This document shows, in pieces, positions 1-13,029 of a stretch of 64,000 nt of DNA. The position numbers and the translations under genes were made by a program. Numbering within the stretch: the first letter of the stretch is position 1; each line of letters starts with the position of its first letter. The DNA comes from Eledone cirrhosa (Eukaryota), in assembly GCA_964016885.1 (NCBI GenBank), contig OZ024741.1:185008001-185072000 (forward strand), given 5' to 3'. The notes beneath the pieces are model-generated. The model saw only the letters and a list, made by a program, of their open reading frames with translations, was not told the origin of the DNA and did no database searches.

Positions 1-344
1 ACCTTATGCATATTAACAGATGAGAAGCCCAATTTGCATATCGAGTGGGTTAATCGGCCGAGTGCACCGAAAACGATAAACGGAAAAAATGAAACGAAAT
101 TTCATTTCCCACTCTTAGTACGGCTGTTACTTAAATATAAGTATGTACACGTACATACATATATGTATACAGACGTACAGTAGTATGTATATATATATAC
201 ATACATGCACATATATATATATATGTACGTATGGATTCACCGAACATTTATTATAATGCTCGGTGTGTTTGTAAACAAACATCACGTATTAAGCCGTAGT
301 GTCCAGCAACTATCGTTGCTCGTTTGTTCAACACTGACAAAGGA

Positions 345-387
345 ACGCTCTACTAGTTTCAAGCTTATTAGCTATCGTCAGCAACGT
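345..387 (-). ncRNA. Minimal type I hammerhead ribozyme (family A)
   Basis: Minus strand acgttg-CTGACGA-tagc taataa gctt-GAAA-ctag-TA-gagcgt; stem I has one mismatch. Confidence 0.75.
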
Positions 388-770
388 ATACCTTCCTGCC
401 AGATTGTTGAACGTATATACTTTCCTTATGCATATTAACGGCTGAGCAGCCTAATTTGCATATCGAGTGAGTACACTCGGCCGGGCGCACCGAAGACGAT
501 AAATGCAATAGAATGAAACGAAATTTCATTTCTCCCTCTTATACGGCACTTACTTAAATGTAAGTATGTATGTATACATACATACACATATGTATACAGA
601 CGTACAGTATAATCTATATATACATACATGCACACATATATATACGCACGTATCGGTTTACCAAACATTTATTATAATGTTCGGTTTGTTTGTTTGTTAC
701 AAACAGCGCGAATTACGCCGTACGGTGTTTAGGCAACCACGTCATCTTTTTGTTCAACACTGACACAAGA

Positions 771-813
771 ACGATGTACTAGTTTCAAGCTTATTAGCTA
801 TCGTCAGAACCGT
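771..813 (-). ncRNA. Minimal type I hammerhead ribozyme (family A)
   Basis: Minus strand acggtt-CTGACGA-tagctaataagctt-GAAA-ctag-TA-catcgt. Confidence 0.7.
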
Positions 814-1907
814 ATACCTTCCTGCCAGATGGTTGAACGTCTGAAAGTATATACATTCCTTATGCATGCTAACCGCTGAGCAGCCTAATTTGCATATCGA
901 GTGATTTCAGTCGGCCGGGCGCACCGAAAACGATAAATGTATATGAAGAAATAGAAGGCAATAAAATGAAGTAAAATAAAATAAATAATAGACAGAGAAT
1001 AAATGAAAAATTAATGAAAAGTTAATGAAAACGTAATGAAAAGTGAATATGGAAAATGAAAAATGAAAATGAAAAGTGAAAAATAAAATGAAGATTCGAA
1101 TGAAATAAGATAAAATGTGTGTGTGCTATAACCAATCTCAAGGTCAGAAATATGTTGGATAGATTGGTAGGGGGAACAAGATGGTAAAAGAATAAAACGA
1201 AATAGGATAATCAAATAAAATGTGTGTGTGTTATAACCAATCTCAACTTAAATATAAATATAAGGTGATAAAGGGAAGAAAACAGAAAAAAAATAACAAA
1301 TGAATAATGAGAAATCAAAATTCAAAAATAGAAAATCATGTAAATTAAATGTGTGTGTGTTATAAAGATATTGGCCAAATTATAAAGGCTGTGTCAGGGG
1401 AGCTTCACCTCAAAAAGAATTTCTATAGTCTTTGGACTGATGAATGCTCTCAAAACTGACCAATGGGAAGTTTGACCTTACAAATCTTTATAACATTGAG
1501 ATGGGAATAACACACACAGACATTTTATTCGATTATTCTATTTTATTTTGTTCCTTTACCATCTTATTCCTTCTACCACTTTATCACTTATTTTTAGCTG
1601 ACTCCAACAATAACACCACTACCAACACAACAATAGAGGTCAGATGTACCTAACAATAACAAGAACTACAAATACAGATTGGCTTGCCTCAGAAGGAATT
1701 TCTATAGACATTTGACTGAGGAATGTTCTAACAACTGACCAATGAGAGGAGAAGAGGTCCTTTGACGCTGAAATTCGTTTGTTTTAATTCATATGATTCC
1801 AGTTCCTCAGTGAAATAGCAACTCAAACAGGAACTGGGCATATCAGAGTATTGACAAAGTTATACACCTCAACAACATGTGTACTCGTCTCTACCACACT
1901 AATTCGG

Positions 1908-1962
1908 ACTGCCTGAAGAGGTCACAGCCAAAGATGGCTGTCACCGAAATATATATAGCAGT
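1908..1962 (+). ncRNA. Minimal type I hammerhead ribozyme (family B)
   Basis: actgc-CTGAAGA-ggtcacagcc aaagat ggctgtcacc-GAAA-tatata-TA-gcagt; stems I and II pair, stem III is palindromic. Confidence 0.85.
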
Positions 1963-2172
1963 AATAAACGAAGCCAAATTTTAAACATTTGACTTATTTA
2001 TTTTATTTTATTTTACATTACTCCGGAGTAACCAAACCAAATATGTATCTAACGTCGTACCTTAAAAGATGTATCTTGTATTACACATGCACGGATATAA
2101 ACATTATAGTCATATACATGCATCCATACACATTCACGTAACATATACATATGTATATATACATATATATAT

Positions 2173-2212
<40 letters not shown>

Positions 2213-2262
2213 GTATATATGTATACACATATACACACACAGACACACACACACACACACAA

Positions 2263-2293
<31 letters not shown>

Positions 2294-2452
2294 CATGCAT
2301 ACACACCCATATATATATATAATTATATATATGTATATATACATACACACATACGCTTACACATATACACACATATACACACATATTAAAACAATAAAAT
2401 AAATATACAATACACCCATTCACGTAACATATACATATATATACACACACAT

Positions 2453-2491
<39 letters not shown>

Positions 2492-2656
2492 CATACATAG
2501 ACTCACACACATATATATATCTACATAAACACACACACACGTCTACGCATATACACACATATAAAAACAATAAAATAAATTTATAATATATTAAAATACA
2601 TTAAAATATGCATATAACGTCACATAGAGATATATAAAAAAAGAGAGAAAGTATGA

Positions 2657-2752
2657 CCCCGACGGCAGAGCTCAAGACGTTTCGACGGCTATTTCTGGAC
2701 TAAAGTAAGAGATTTTTTAGTCTGGTAAATAAATAGCCGAATTTTTCAAGGG
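2657..2752 (-). ncRNA. Hammerhead variant with U3-A8 core (family C), inverted copy
   Basis: Minus strand ccc-TTGAAAA-attcggctattt...aaatagccgtc-GAAA-cgtc ttgagctct gccg-TC-gggg. Confidence 0.5.
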
Positions 2753-3299
2753 TACTTCCTTATATGGAAGATTGTAGTTGTCAAGGGGATTGGTCAAAAT
2801 TTGTAGCGGAGACAGAAAAGTCAATCTTGGCAGTGGGTGCGGGGTGGGGATGGCTGAACTTTCCTGTAAAACGATTGGGGAGTGGGTAGAGCCGGTCAAG
2901 CGTAGAAGGTGAAATCTACACGGCAAATTCTAAGGAATATGTATGAAAGTAGGCCATAGGAGGTAGGCGAAAAATGGTATCTTTAGAAAGTGGAGGAGGG
3001 ATGTTATAGAAATAGGAAATCAAATGCGATTAGGGGACAAAGAAAAAATATAATAAAAAATGAGAGAAAGATGTAACAGAATGTAAGATTGGAAAGTGAG
3101 AAGTGAAATAAGGAGTCTAACACTGCTGCTATATGTCGGCCAAAGCCACAGAATGAGTTGCTAGATGAGAATAATTGAAAAATTTAGAATTAAAAATTAA
3201 TACCTCATATCTGGGGTCTAACACGGCTGCTAGTTTTGTGTCAGCTACAAATGTTGACCAATCCCCTTGACAACTACACTCTTTACATATAAGGAAATA

Positions 3300-3395
3300 C
3301 CCTTGAAAAGTTCTGCTATTTATTTACCAGACTAAAAAAAACATTAGTTTAGTCCAGAAATAGCCGTCGAAACAGCTTGAGCTCTGCCGTCGGGG
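3300..3395 (+). ncRNA. Hammerhead variant with U3-A8 core and long stem II (family C)
   Basis: ccc-TTGAAAA-g...gctattt..gactaaa/tttagtc..aaatagc..c-GAAA-cagc ttgagctct gccg-TC-gggg; family consensus stem III is CGGC/GCCG. Confidence 0.55.
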
Positions 3396-3487
3396 TCATA
3401 CTTTCTCCTATTACTCACTCTACAACCCTAAGTATTGAGTACCCTGGTGCGTTATGCTCCATCTGGTTCCTTACCACAGCTCCTCCG

Positions 3488-3535
<48 letters not shown>

Positions 3536-3616
3536 CAGATTAAAGTTTAAGCAAAGAATCGCTGCTTTCACACTTAACGCTGCTCTTTGGATTTTAGGCT
3601 TCACAATTATTATTAT

Positions 3617-3665
<49 letters not shown>

Positions 3666-3679
3666 CATTATTATATTAC

Positions 3680-3734
<55 letters not shown>

Positions 3735-3742
3735 TATTATAT

Positions 3743-3784
<42 letters not shown>

Positions 3785-4470
3785 TTTCCACGTTGCTCCA
3801 ATTAACACAGCAGGCAGAAATGGATTTACCTGAAATTAAAATACCCAGCGTTATGTTAACTGTGTCACACCGAATCTCCTACATTAAGGGTACATGTGGA
3901 ACTCTCAGCCACTAGCTCTTTAATTTCAAGTGCACTCTCTTCCATGGTTTCAAGAAACTGTAATACAATCCACGTTGTCGTAAATGACGTAGGTCCAGCA
4001 ACAAATTATTTGTTTTTATATGGCCATTTACGATGGGACGCTCCCAATTCACATCTCAAATGTATCCATTGCTTCTTAAGCCAGCTGAGTTTTTATATGT
4101 ATCGACAGTCGATCGACAAGATCGCAGATCTCATTCGCTTAACGAGTGGGTGGAGCTTGTCAAATCGGACTGAGGAAACAATGTTTCCATTGGTCTTTCC
4201 AATTGCTAATACTATCTGTCGGTAGCAAATCCAGACAGAAGGAGCAACGAACGCATCGTCCTCACGATTGCGAATGCAATTCTCTAACCACTCAGTTCCG
4301 CGCCTTCACTAAAAAACGATGTTGCTATATCTTCTATTCCTTAAATAGTTTCTTCTGTATTTCTGTCAAAAATGACCTTAACATATTGAGCTAGAAACTA
4401 TTATTACTGAGGAGTATGAACTTACTTTAGATTTACTGCTATGTGAGACACACGCACACACATAAGCCTC

Positions 4471-4574
<104 letters not shown>

Positions 4575-4675
4575 AAGTGGATGGATACTTCAACAGGTAC
4601 AATGTACTTGTAGAAATATTCAAGTTGTTTATAATACATGTGGTTCAATGGCACTAATTCGAGATACCAGAACAA

Positions 4676-4958
4676 TATAAAAGTAGCGAAACAAACGGTT
4701 TTATCAGCGACCTGATTTGCGTGTGTGTCACTTTAACGGCTTGACCGCATGCGTTGGGCAGGGAGCATAATATTTACTTGCTATACCTTATAGCGTGGAA
4801 ATAGGGCTGTCTGAAGATTCATTTCTTTCCATTGGAAATTCGTTGGATTTCCAATCTTTCGGAATGATGAAACCGTCGGTAACAGCATCTGAACAGGTGA
4901 TTATTTAATCATTTTTTAATTTATTTAGAAAATTGTTTAATAACCGTTTGTTTCGCTA

Positions 4959-4966
<8 letters not shown>
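4676..4966 (+). mobile_element. Penelope-like remnant (family D) with 25-bp inverted ends
   Basis: TATAAAAGTAGCGAAACAAACGGTT / AACCGTTTGTTTCGCTACTTTTATA; ends in (TA)n; internal HHR. Confidence 0.6.
4806..4886 (+). ncRNA. Type I hammerhead ribozyme (family D)
   Basis: gctgt-CTGAAGA-ttcatttc...ggaatgat-GAAA-ccg t cgg-TA-acagc; stem II extended by ttggaaat/atttccaa. Confidence 0.8.
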
Positions 4967-5005
<39 letters not shown>

Positions 5006-5465
5006 ATAACTAGGAATTGATCAACATATATATAAATAAATATAAACATGAAAAATCACAGGAGATAATTTTTACAAACGTGTAACCACGCATGGCTAGT
5101 AGGTAACAAATAAATAAAGTTAACTAGAACTTCAAAAATATATACCTTTTAAAGATTAATCTTCCCTGTATATATTTCATTAAAGAAATATATTTCACCA
5201 ATTAATCACATGGTAAGTCACGGAAAGTGGATATTATTGGATTATCAACAAGGAAGAACAATATCAAGCGATCCATGTTTACACTTCGAGTCAAAATCAA
5301 ACTGGCCGTTACCACGTGTTGATATTACACATCACAGCGGCTTCGTTTCAGTGGCGTGAATAGGTATTCAACAACTAGAAATAGCAGTCAATTCCCTTCA
5401 ACAGAGTTAGCTCTACAATTAAGGAGCAGTATTTATATATCTATATCCAAAATTAAGATAGATTA

Positions 5466-5587
<122 letters not shown>

Positions 5588-5596
5588 TATATATAT

Positions 5597-5776
5597 AACG
5601 AAGGAAGTGTGGTAAGGAACCAGATGGACCATAACGGACCAGAGTACTCGATACTTAGGGTAGTAGAGTGGGTAATAAGAACATATTTAACCCTGACGGC
5701 AGAGATCAAGCCGTTTCGACGGCTATTTCTGGTCCAGAAATAGCCATGGAAATGGCTTGAGCTCTGCCGTCGGAGT
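5597..5776 (-). mobile_element. Family C fold-back copy
   Basis: Family C tail on the minus strand plus a palindrome centred near 5732; flanked by (TA)n. Confidence 0.7.
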
Positions 5777-5788
5777 TTAACATTTTAC

Positions 5789-5838
<50 letters not shown>

Positions 5839-6120
5839 TACATTTAGCGAGAATCGCATTTCGGCGAGTAGAAATTAGCGAAACGCAACTTCCGAATTGT
5901 GTTGGCGAGCGCTGAAAGGATATGAATATACGAGAGCTATAATCATAAGTTAAAAAGGCCATAGAAAACTGAGACGATGGTTAAGAAGCCATTAACCACC
6001 TAAGCCAAAAAAGCGAGCAAGCTAAGCGGGTGAAACAAAATGAGATATGATTGAAATATTTACCCGGACCAACGGGAATGATGGTATAATCCGATGTAGG
6101 GTTTCTGCGACACCTAAATC

Positions 6121-6330
6121 AATAATTGTCTCTACTTTTAGCACCAGGTCAGCAATTGTCCCAGTGCATTACTGGTACTTTATTTTATCGACCCCGTAAG
6201 GCTGAAAGGCAAAGTTAACCTCGGCGGGATTTGAACTCAGATCATAAATGGAGGTAACTCTATGCTTCAAAGAATGGCGCCCGAGCCTCTACCGAAACTG
6301 CCAATCCACCGATACTGCCAATCCACCTAA
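6121..6330 (-). mobile_element. tRNA-derived SINE
   Basis: A box TGGCAGT..CGGTAG and B box GAGTTCAAATCCC on the minus strand; conserved core ACTGGTACTTTATTTTATCGACCCC shared with >12 copies in the window. Confidence 0.85.
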
Positions 6331-6577
6331 ATCAATAATACTGCCTGCTTATAAAAAATAGTAAGCTTTTGGTATAATGATCGAACAAGGATATCACTTT
6401 CTCAACAGGCATTTTGTTCTGCGTGCGCCAGGATCCCACAGTGTTCGAAATCACATGTGCAGTTCAAAGGAGAGAAAACCCCTAGTATTGGCAAATGAAT
6501 TCAGTATGTGTAGTCATTGCAAAAATTTGCAAAAAAAGCACAGAACGAATTAAGCTTTCAACCGAGTAGTTTTTAAA

Positions 6578-6642
<65 letters not shown>

Positions 6643-6883
6643 CATATATGTATATGTGTGTGCGTATATATATATACATACATATATATATATATATCCA
6701 AACTATTGAGCCCTCTGCCACACATGTCGAAGATTGTTTATCGTTATTTCGTGGGCCGAGATTCTGATTCTCGATTATTTACTTATATATATATATATAT
6801 ATACATATATACATACATATATGTATATGTGTGTGCGTATATATATATATATATATATGTGTATGTATATATATATATATATA

Positions 6884-6941
6884 TTGTGTGGAATTCTATA
6901 TAGACTTGTAGTGTTATCGACTAATGTCTTCCAATATGTAC

Positions 6942-7017
<76 letters not shown>

Positions 7018-7054
7018 GTCCATATTGGAACACATTAGTCGATAACACTACAAG

Positions 7055-7101
<47 letters not shown>

Positions 7102-7222
7102 GTACATATTGGAACACATTAGTCGATAACACTACAAGTCTATATACATATATAAATATGTATATGTACATATTGGAACACATTAGTCGATAACACTACA
7201 AGTCTATATAGAATTCCACACA
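6884..7222. repeat. One inverted plus three direct copies of a ~40-bp unit, closed by inverted ends
   Basis: CATATTGGAACACATTAGTCGATAACACTACAAGTCT x3 and its reverse complement at ~6902-6938; TGTGTGGAATTCTATATAG / CTATATAGAATTCCACACA termini. Confidence 0.8.
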
Positions 7223-7534
7223 AAATCAGGCGAACAACTATAGAGGCTCGACTACTATTAAAATATAAAAATGAGCACACCGGTGAATCATGACATTATG
7301 AAACGTCTAATGCTTTCACTAGTTGATATTTGTAAGTTAGGCGTCCAGTATCCTACACCTTCCACAATACTTTACGATTATCAGATCAGATACTTTGGAA
7401 TTAACAACACTATTGCTACACACTACGCTTATGGAACTAAAAAGGAAAGATTAAATCCTTATATATATGTATGTGTGTGTGTGTGTGTTTATGTATATAT
7501 ATATACATATGTAAACAAATAAACACACACACAT

Positions 7535-7620
<86 letters not shown>

Positions 7621-8825
7621 TGTATATATATATTCTTATGTACGTACGTAGTTGTATCTGTGTTGATGTGTGTGTTTATGTGTATGTGTTTCATATCTTC
7701 ATATTTTGGCCATGTGTAATTTCTTGCATCATTTCTCAATTATATATTTCTCAAACGTAATTTACTTTTCTATCCATAATTCATTTCCTGTGAAAATAAA
7801 TTGTGAAAAATTAGGTTAGAATACGTTCGTAAAATTTCTTGTATATGTGAATAATGTAGAACATATTATATGTAAGTCTCCAAACAGATCCTTCATCAAA
7901 GACTCTTATCTTTGATGCTGTTTGTTCAGCTGCCGTTTCTCCATCAACTTAATTAACGACATCAAAGCGAAGAAATGATTGCATTTTGTGAAGTCATCGT
8001 TATATTTTATTTTATTTCATTTTATTCCATTTTATTTGTTTCATTATTTATTTATTTATTTATTTACTTACTTATTTATTATATCTATCTATTTTGATTA
8101 TATTTTGTAATATATATTCTTGAAATATTGGTTATGTGCGATGATGTTTGTGTGACAGCAATAGAAAACCATCATGGTGAAGTGAACGTCACGCAGCAGC
8201 AACAGCAACAGAAGTAACAACAACAACAGCAGCAGCAGTAGCAGTAGTTGTAGTTTTTGTTGCTGTAGTAGTAATAGTAGTTGTAGTAGCTGGATTTTGT
8301 TTACTTTACTTGTCAACCGTTATCAGGAATCATCATACGAGTATGTATATGACAACAACAACAAATCGCAATAGTTTGAGGGTAAAACTGAACAACGAAA
8401 AAGAACGGATATATATCCAGGACTTCAGTGTCTAAATTGCTCTGCTTTTCCTTTCATGCATATAAACATGTGTTAACGCTCGTCTTTATATACAAGTTTG
8501 CTGAAGATGAATCATCATAATCTGTAGTATAATACAATATTAAAAGAAAATCCCGTAATGGACCGTTAATTTATTGTTATCGAATATATGTTAACCGAAT
8601 GGGAAATCATAAATTTTTTGTTTGTTTTTTTTTTGTTTGTTTTTTTCAATCTGGGGACATCAAAAGTTCTTTTAGATGTATACTAGCAGAATGCCTCGGC
8701 GTTGCTCGAGATTTGCTCGATTAAAGTTTAAGCAAAGAATCGCGGCTTTCACCCTTAACGGGATCTACTGAAACTAAAAAGATCAATCTGTGAACACAGA
8801 AGTAAATAGTCCGAAAAACTTTACA

Positions 8826-8889
<64 letters not shown>

Positions 8890-8970
8890 TATATATACAT
8901 ATATACACACACACCATATAGCGACGTCATAATGTCGTAATGCAGAAAGTCAGACATACAGACATATATT

Positions 8971-9927
8971 ACTAGACATGAAAAATGCGCAAGCTCAAAA
9001 GTGCCACAGAATGTTATAATAAACCTTCAAAAGTGTGGGACTAGAGTTGTTGCTAAAAAATATTGTAATCATTATATATCGTACATTCTGTGGCATCCTT
9101 TATAAAAATAGCTTAAACCAACGAAGCCTTTATTTTTACGCTATTTCACTTAGTTAATTCTTAGAGTGTAACATATAAAAATATGATTTACAACTATAAA
9201 ATAAATTAATTAATATAATAACAGAGCTGCGGAGCTGAAATTTAGGAAATAATGGAGTATCGGATCCTGAGTTGGAGCCAGTCAATTTTTGGCCGACTCC
9301 GCAGCCCTGTATAATACATTTCATATTAAAGTTATTAATAAACCTATTTTACACTTCATGCAAATTACCACGAGATATTGATATTAGATATAAGATACAG
9401 CGCAATATCTACAGCTGTAAAAGTACGAAAGCGAAGTAATAATAAGTGGCTTAAGGTAATTCCAATATGAAAGTTTGTAGTGATAAAAATTTGATAATGC
9501 AATACGATTGTTAATATTATCGTTCTATGAAAATGTAACAATAGATAACTAAATTATTTTACTATTAGTATATTTAAGAAATTATCATTATAGATTTGAT
9601 CGTTCATATAAGCATCATATTAAGTTTCAACACAATTATTTTGTTACTATGAGTATATGATAATAATATTACGTAATTATTTATAGCTGTTATTACATTA
9701 AACATAGATGTATTTATTTTTATATGTTACACTCTAAGAATTAACTAAGTGAAATAGCGTAAACATAAAGGCTTCGTTGGTTTAAGCTATTTTTATAAAG
9801 GATGCCACAGAATGTACGATATATAATGATTACAATATTTTTTAGCAACAACTCTAGTCCCACACTTTTGAAGGTTTATTATAACATTCTGTGGCACTTT
9901 TGAGCTTGCGCATTTTTCATGTCTAGT
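8971..9927. mobile_element. Non-autonomous DNA transposon (MITE) with ~210-bp near-perfect TIRs
   Basis: 8971-9180 is the reverse complement of ~9717-9927; internal GCCACAGAATGT subrepeats; no clear TSD; superfamily unassigned. Confidence 0.8.
9222..9309. mobile_element. Tiny hAT-type MITE nested in the larger MITE
   Basis: TIRs CAGAGCTGCGGAG / CTCCGCAGCCCTG; 8-bp TSD TATAATAA/TATAATAC. Confidence 0.7.
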
Positions 9928-10479
9928 TTAATATTTTTTTAAGGCAACGCTTGTAATAACTCTAGTTAAACAGGATATATATTAATAATAAATTATCGTT
10001 GTAATGTAATTAGATTATGTAATTGTTATTATAAATTATCTTATAAATATTAGTGTAAGATGTATAAAAATATTTTCAGACTTTTAATATAAACAACTAC
10101 AAAAAACAATCAATATTAAATCAATATATTATACATAATAGAAAACATAAAATATACAATACAAAAACAAAATATTTACATACAATTGCAATTATCAGTG
10201 TATATACATTTTCTTTATATTCCCTGAGCAAATTAATAAGATTTGTTTTTATTGTACATAATTTGATGACTTGTTGGAGTGTATTAAAAGATAGCAACAA
10301 TTTGTGATTAAATTGTTATCTTAAGCAACTCACTTTTTAATAGTTGTTGGCTGAGCGAAATTGTAAAAGCCTATGAGCAAATATAAAAAAAAATACACAA
10401 ACAACATTTCCTTGTGTTATTACAACATTAGATAAAATAATTGAGCAATGTCGTTATATTTTGCTCTTATTGCACATTA

Positions 10480-10650
10480 ATAGTGTTTCTATTTTTCGGC
10501 ACAAATCCATTACGGCAGTCCATTACTGGTACTTTATTTTATCGAATTAGTAAGTATGAAAGTCGAAGTTAACCTCGGCAGGATTTGAACTTAGAATGCA
10601 AAGGACCATAACAATACTGCAAAGCATGGTGTCTGACGCTCTACCAATAC
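10480..10650 (-). mobile_element. tRNA-derived SINE
   Basis: Same conserved core and B box as 6121-6330. Confidence 0.8.
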
Positions 10651-11041
10651 TTGTGTTGAGCTGGTCATTAATTTATGGTGGTCGTGCGTGGAGTAGAGCA
10701 ATCGCTAGTTGAAATATTATGAACAAAACATTTTTATTTGCCGAAGAACATATTTTCAATACTGTTTGTGAATGTGACGAAGGAAATACATTCTGATATG
10801 GAACAGTGTACAAAGTGTGTCTGTGAATAACATAATGTTACCTCATGTTGTTGTCAAGACATAATGGATTTCGTATATCCAGTTAGAAGATGAAACCTAG
10901 CCATCTCGGATTAGTTATATTTCATGCCATGTGTAAACGTGTTTGAGGATAGCAAAATATGCGCGTTAATTATAATAATTAGTTAATAATATTACAAAAT
11001 ATACCTAATTAAACTCTTTGCTTGAAATTTTATCATTCTTC

Positions 11042-11091
<50 letters not shown>

Positions 11092-11719
11092 GGAGAGAGA
11101 GAGATTTATCTAGTCCTTCGCTCAAGATTAATCTATAAGTTTAGATGTTTGCCTTCGTTTAAGTAAATATTACAGTAAGATTTTTAATATAAACAACTAC
11201 AAAAAACAATTAATATTAAAACGAAAAAATTATCAATGATAAAAGAAGCGGATGCAACTTTTTTTTTTATAAAGTTATATTCCTGTTTCTTTAAAGAACA
11301 TTTCATTTTTGTTCTATTGTAGGCGAAATAATGCAATGGTTTAATAGGGAAGATATAACTTACGAATTATGTCTCTAACCGTGTAACGCTTTTTAAGTAG
11401 ATAACTACAATTGAAAATACTAAAGAAATGGAACCAACAATTCAATTTGAAAGTCGTCTAGTGACAGTGTATTACTGGTACTTTATTTTATCGACCCCGT
11501 AACGATGAAAGGCAAAAATGCAAATGCTTAAAATTTAAATTGCCTTAATTCTATCGTCTGCTGTTTCATTAAAGGGAGATTATCGTCTGTATTTAATTCT
11601 ATCGTCTACTGTTCCACTAAACAGATATACCTCCACTATCGTCTCTATTTATACATTTTAACTTATAACTTATACACATTTGATTTGAAATATTTTATCT
11701 AGTCCCCCCTCTCAATATT

Positions 11720-11764
11720 ATGATGATTTCTTTCGAATGAAACAGTTCTAGTCCTGTAGAAGCC
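11720..11764 (+). ncRNA. 5'-damaged hammerhead (family E)
   Basis: aTGATGA-tttc tttc gaat-GAAA-cag ttctagtc ctg-TA-gaagc; lacks C3 and the 5' strand of stem I; homologous to 43425-43473. Confidence 0.55.
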
Positions 11765-12589
11765 ATTTATATATATAATTGAACTGAGTTAAAAATTCAC
11801 AATATTTATAATTAAATAAGCTCATATATATATGTGTGTATTTATCTGTTTATTGTATTATATATAATGTGTGTATATACAGGATGTCCCCCAAAAATAT
11901 ATACACACTTCAACAGCATTCTAATAACTATTGCCTGTACAGGTAATCAAAGTGTCAATCGAATGTTAGTTTCGTGTTTTAACAGTACAAATTTACAATA
12001 CACACATAAAACCAGTGTATATACATACATGAGTGTGTATACACATACATGAATGTGTATATACAATATATATGTATATATATATAGACACATATATTCA
12101 CGGTGCAACGGTACATTAAAATATAGATGCGGGAGAGGGGGGGTGTATATATAGGGGCGCTGGGGATAAAGGAGTGTAAAGCGTGTGTAATTGATATATT
12201 GAAGGAGAGGAGCGTGCAGCGATAGAGTAACAAATATATAGAGAGGGGGAGAGATGGTATTGAAGGGGAGGAGTGCAAAGCGAAAGAGTAAGAGATATAT
12301 ATAGAGACGGAACAGATAGAGAGAAACAGGCGTAAGTAACAGTGGAAGAGATATAGAGAGAGGTACTCTGATTGGTTGAAAATTAGCCAATGACATACGA
12401 TCACCACCACCACGGCTATCCCCGAAAAATTTTTAAAGAAGCTAGGCATATATGTTAGAACACGAAAAGTGAACATTCTGTTGTTTCACACTTTTCGTGT
12501 TCTAACAGATAACGGCACAACGTTACATCTATGTATCTATCTAAAAAGAAAAACTAAGAATTATAGAGAGAGAGATCGCTAAATCGCCT

Positions 12590-12754
12590 AATGCGGTCCC
12601 TAAGGCATTGAAAATTTGAAATATCTTTTAGCTCAAACCATTCACAGGACCATAAGTATTACAAGTGTAAAGTTTGTAAACTTTCGGTTAGGTGGTTCTC
12701 GAGCTTTGGGGAGTCAGACAGACAGACAGACATTCTCTGTTTTAGATATATAGA
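12590..12754 (-). mobile_element. Non-autonomous Helitron-like 5' end
   Basis: Minus strand begins TCTATATATCTAAAACAGAGAATGTCTGTC; homologous to 63830-64000. Confidence 0.55.
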
Positions 12755-13029
12755 TAATAGTAAATAACTTTCATCATCATTTTCTTCATCATACTATCCT
12801 TTTATCATCAAACAAATACTTTTAATCAAAATTTTAATTTCTTATGTGTTGACAGACATTGTCGAGAACATAATTTTATAGGAAACTTTAGCACACAATT
12901 AAAATTGAATTCTTAATCACCGAAATACAATCTTCCGCAATATATGGCAGTTATCAACCCTCATTACACTGGTATTAGTGCAACTTTAAATTCACTAATC
13001 CTCTATGTCGAACCAAAATAGTATAAATA

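Larger units (their letters stand above)
1..940 (-). mobile_element. Tandem ~425-bp HHR-bearing repeat (family A; retrozyme/Penelope-like), ~2.2 units, cut by window start
   Basis: CCTTATGCAT...AAC...TTTGCATATCGAGTG recurs at ~2, ~425 and ~858; each full unit carries a minimal HHR on the minus strand; inverted copy at 50281-51007. Confidence 0.75.
2641..3490 (+). mobile_element. Penelope-like remnant (family C) with ~170-bp inverted arms
   Basis: ~2645-2815 is the reverse complement of ~3235-3410; 3' tail ends CCGTTATATA in (TA)n; same tail as the other family C copies. Confidence 0.65.

Noticed and set aside
1436-1780. CTGATGA and CTGAGGA in two diverged direct repeats
   Set aside because: No matching stem II/GAAA/UH arrangement
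2049-2570. Many ORFs rich in YI, HT, CV, LS or poly-L (here and throughout the window)
   Set aside because: They are translations of (TA)n, (CA)n, (CT)n and (CTA)n microsatellites, not genes
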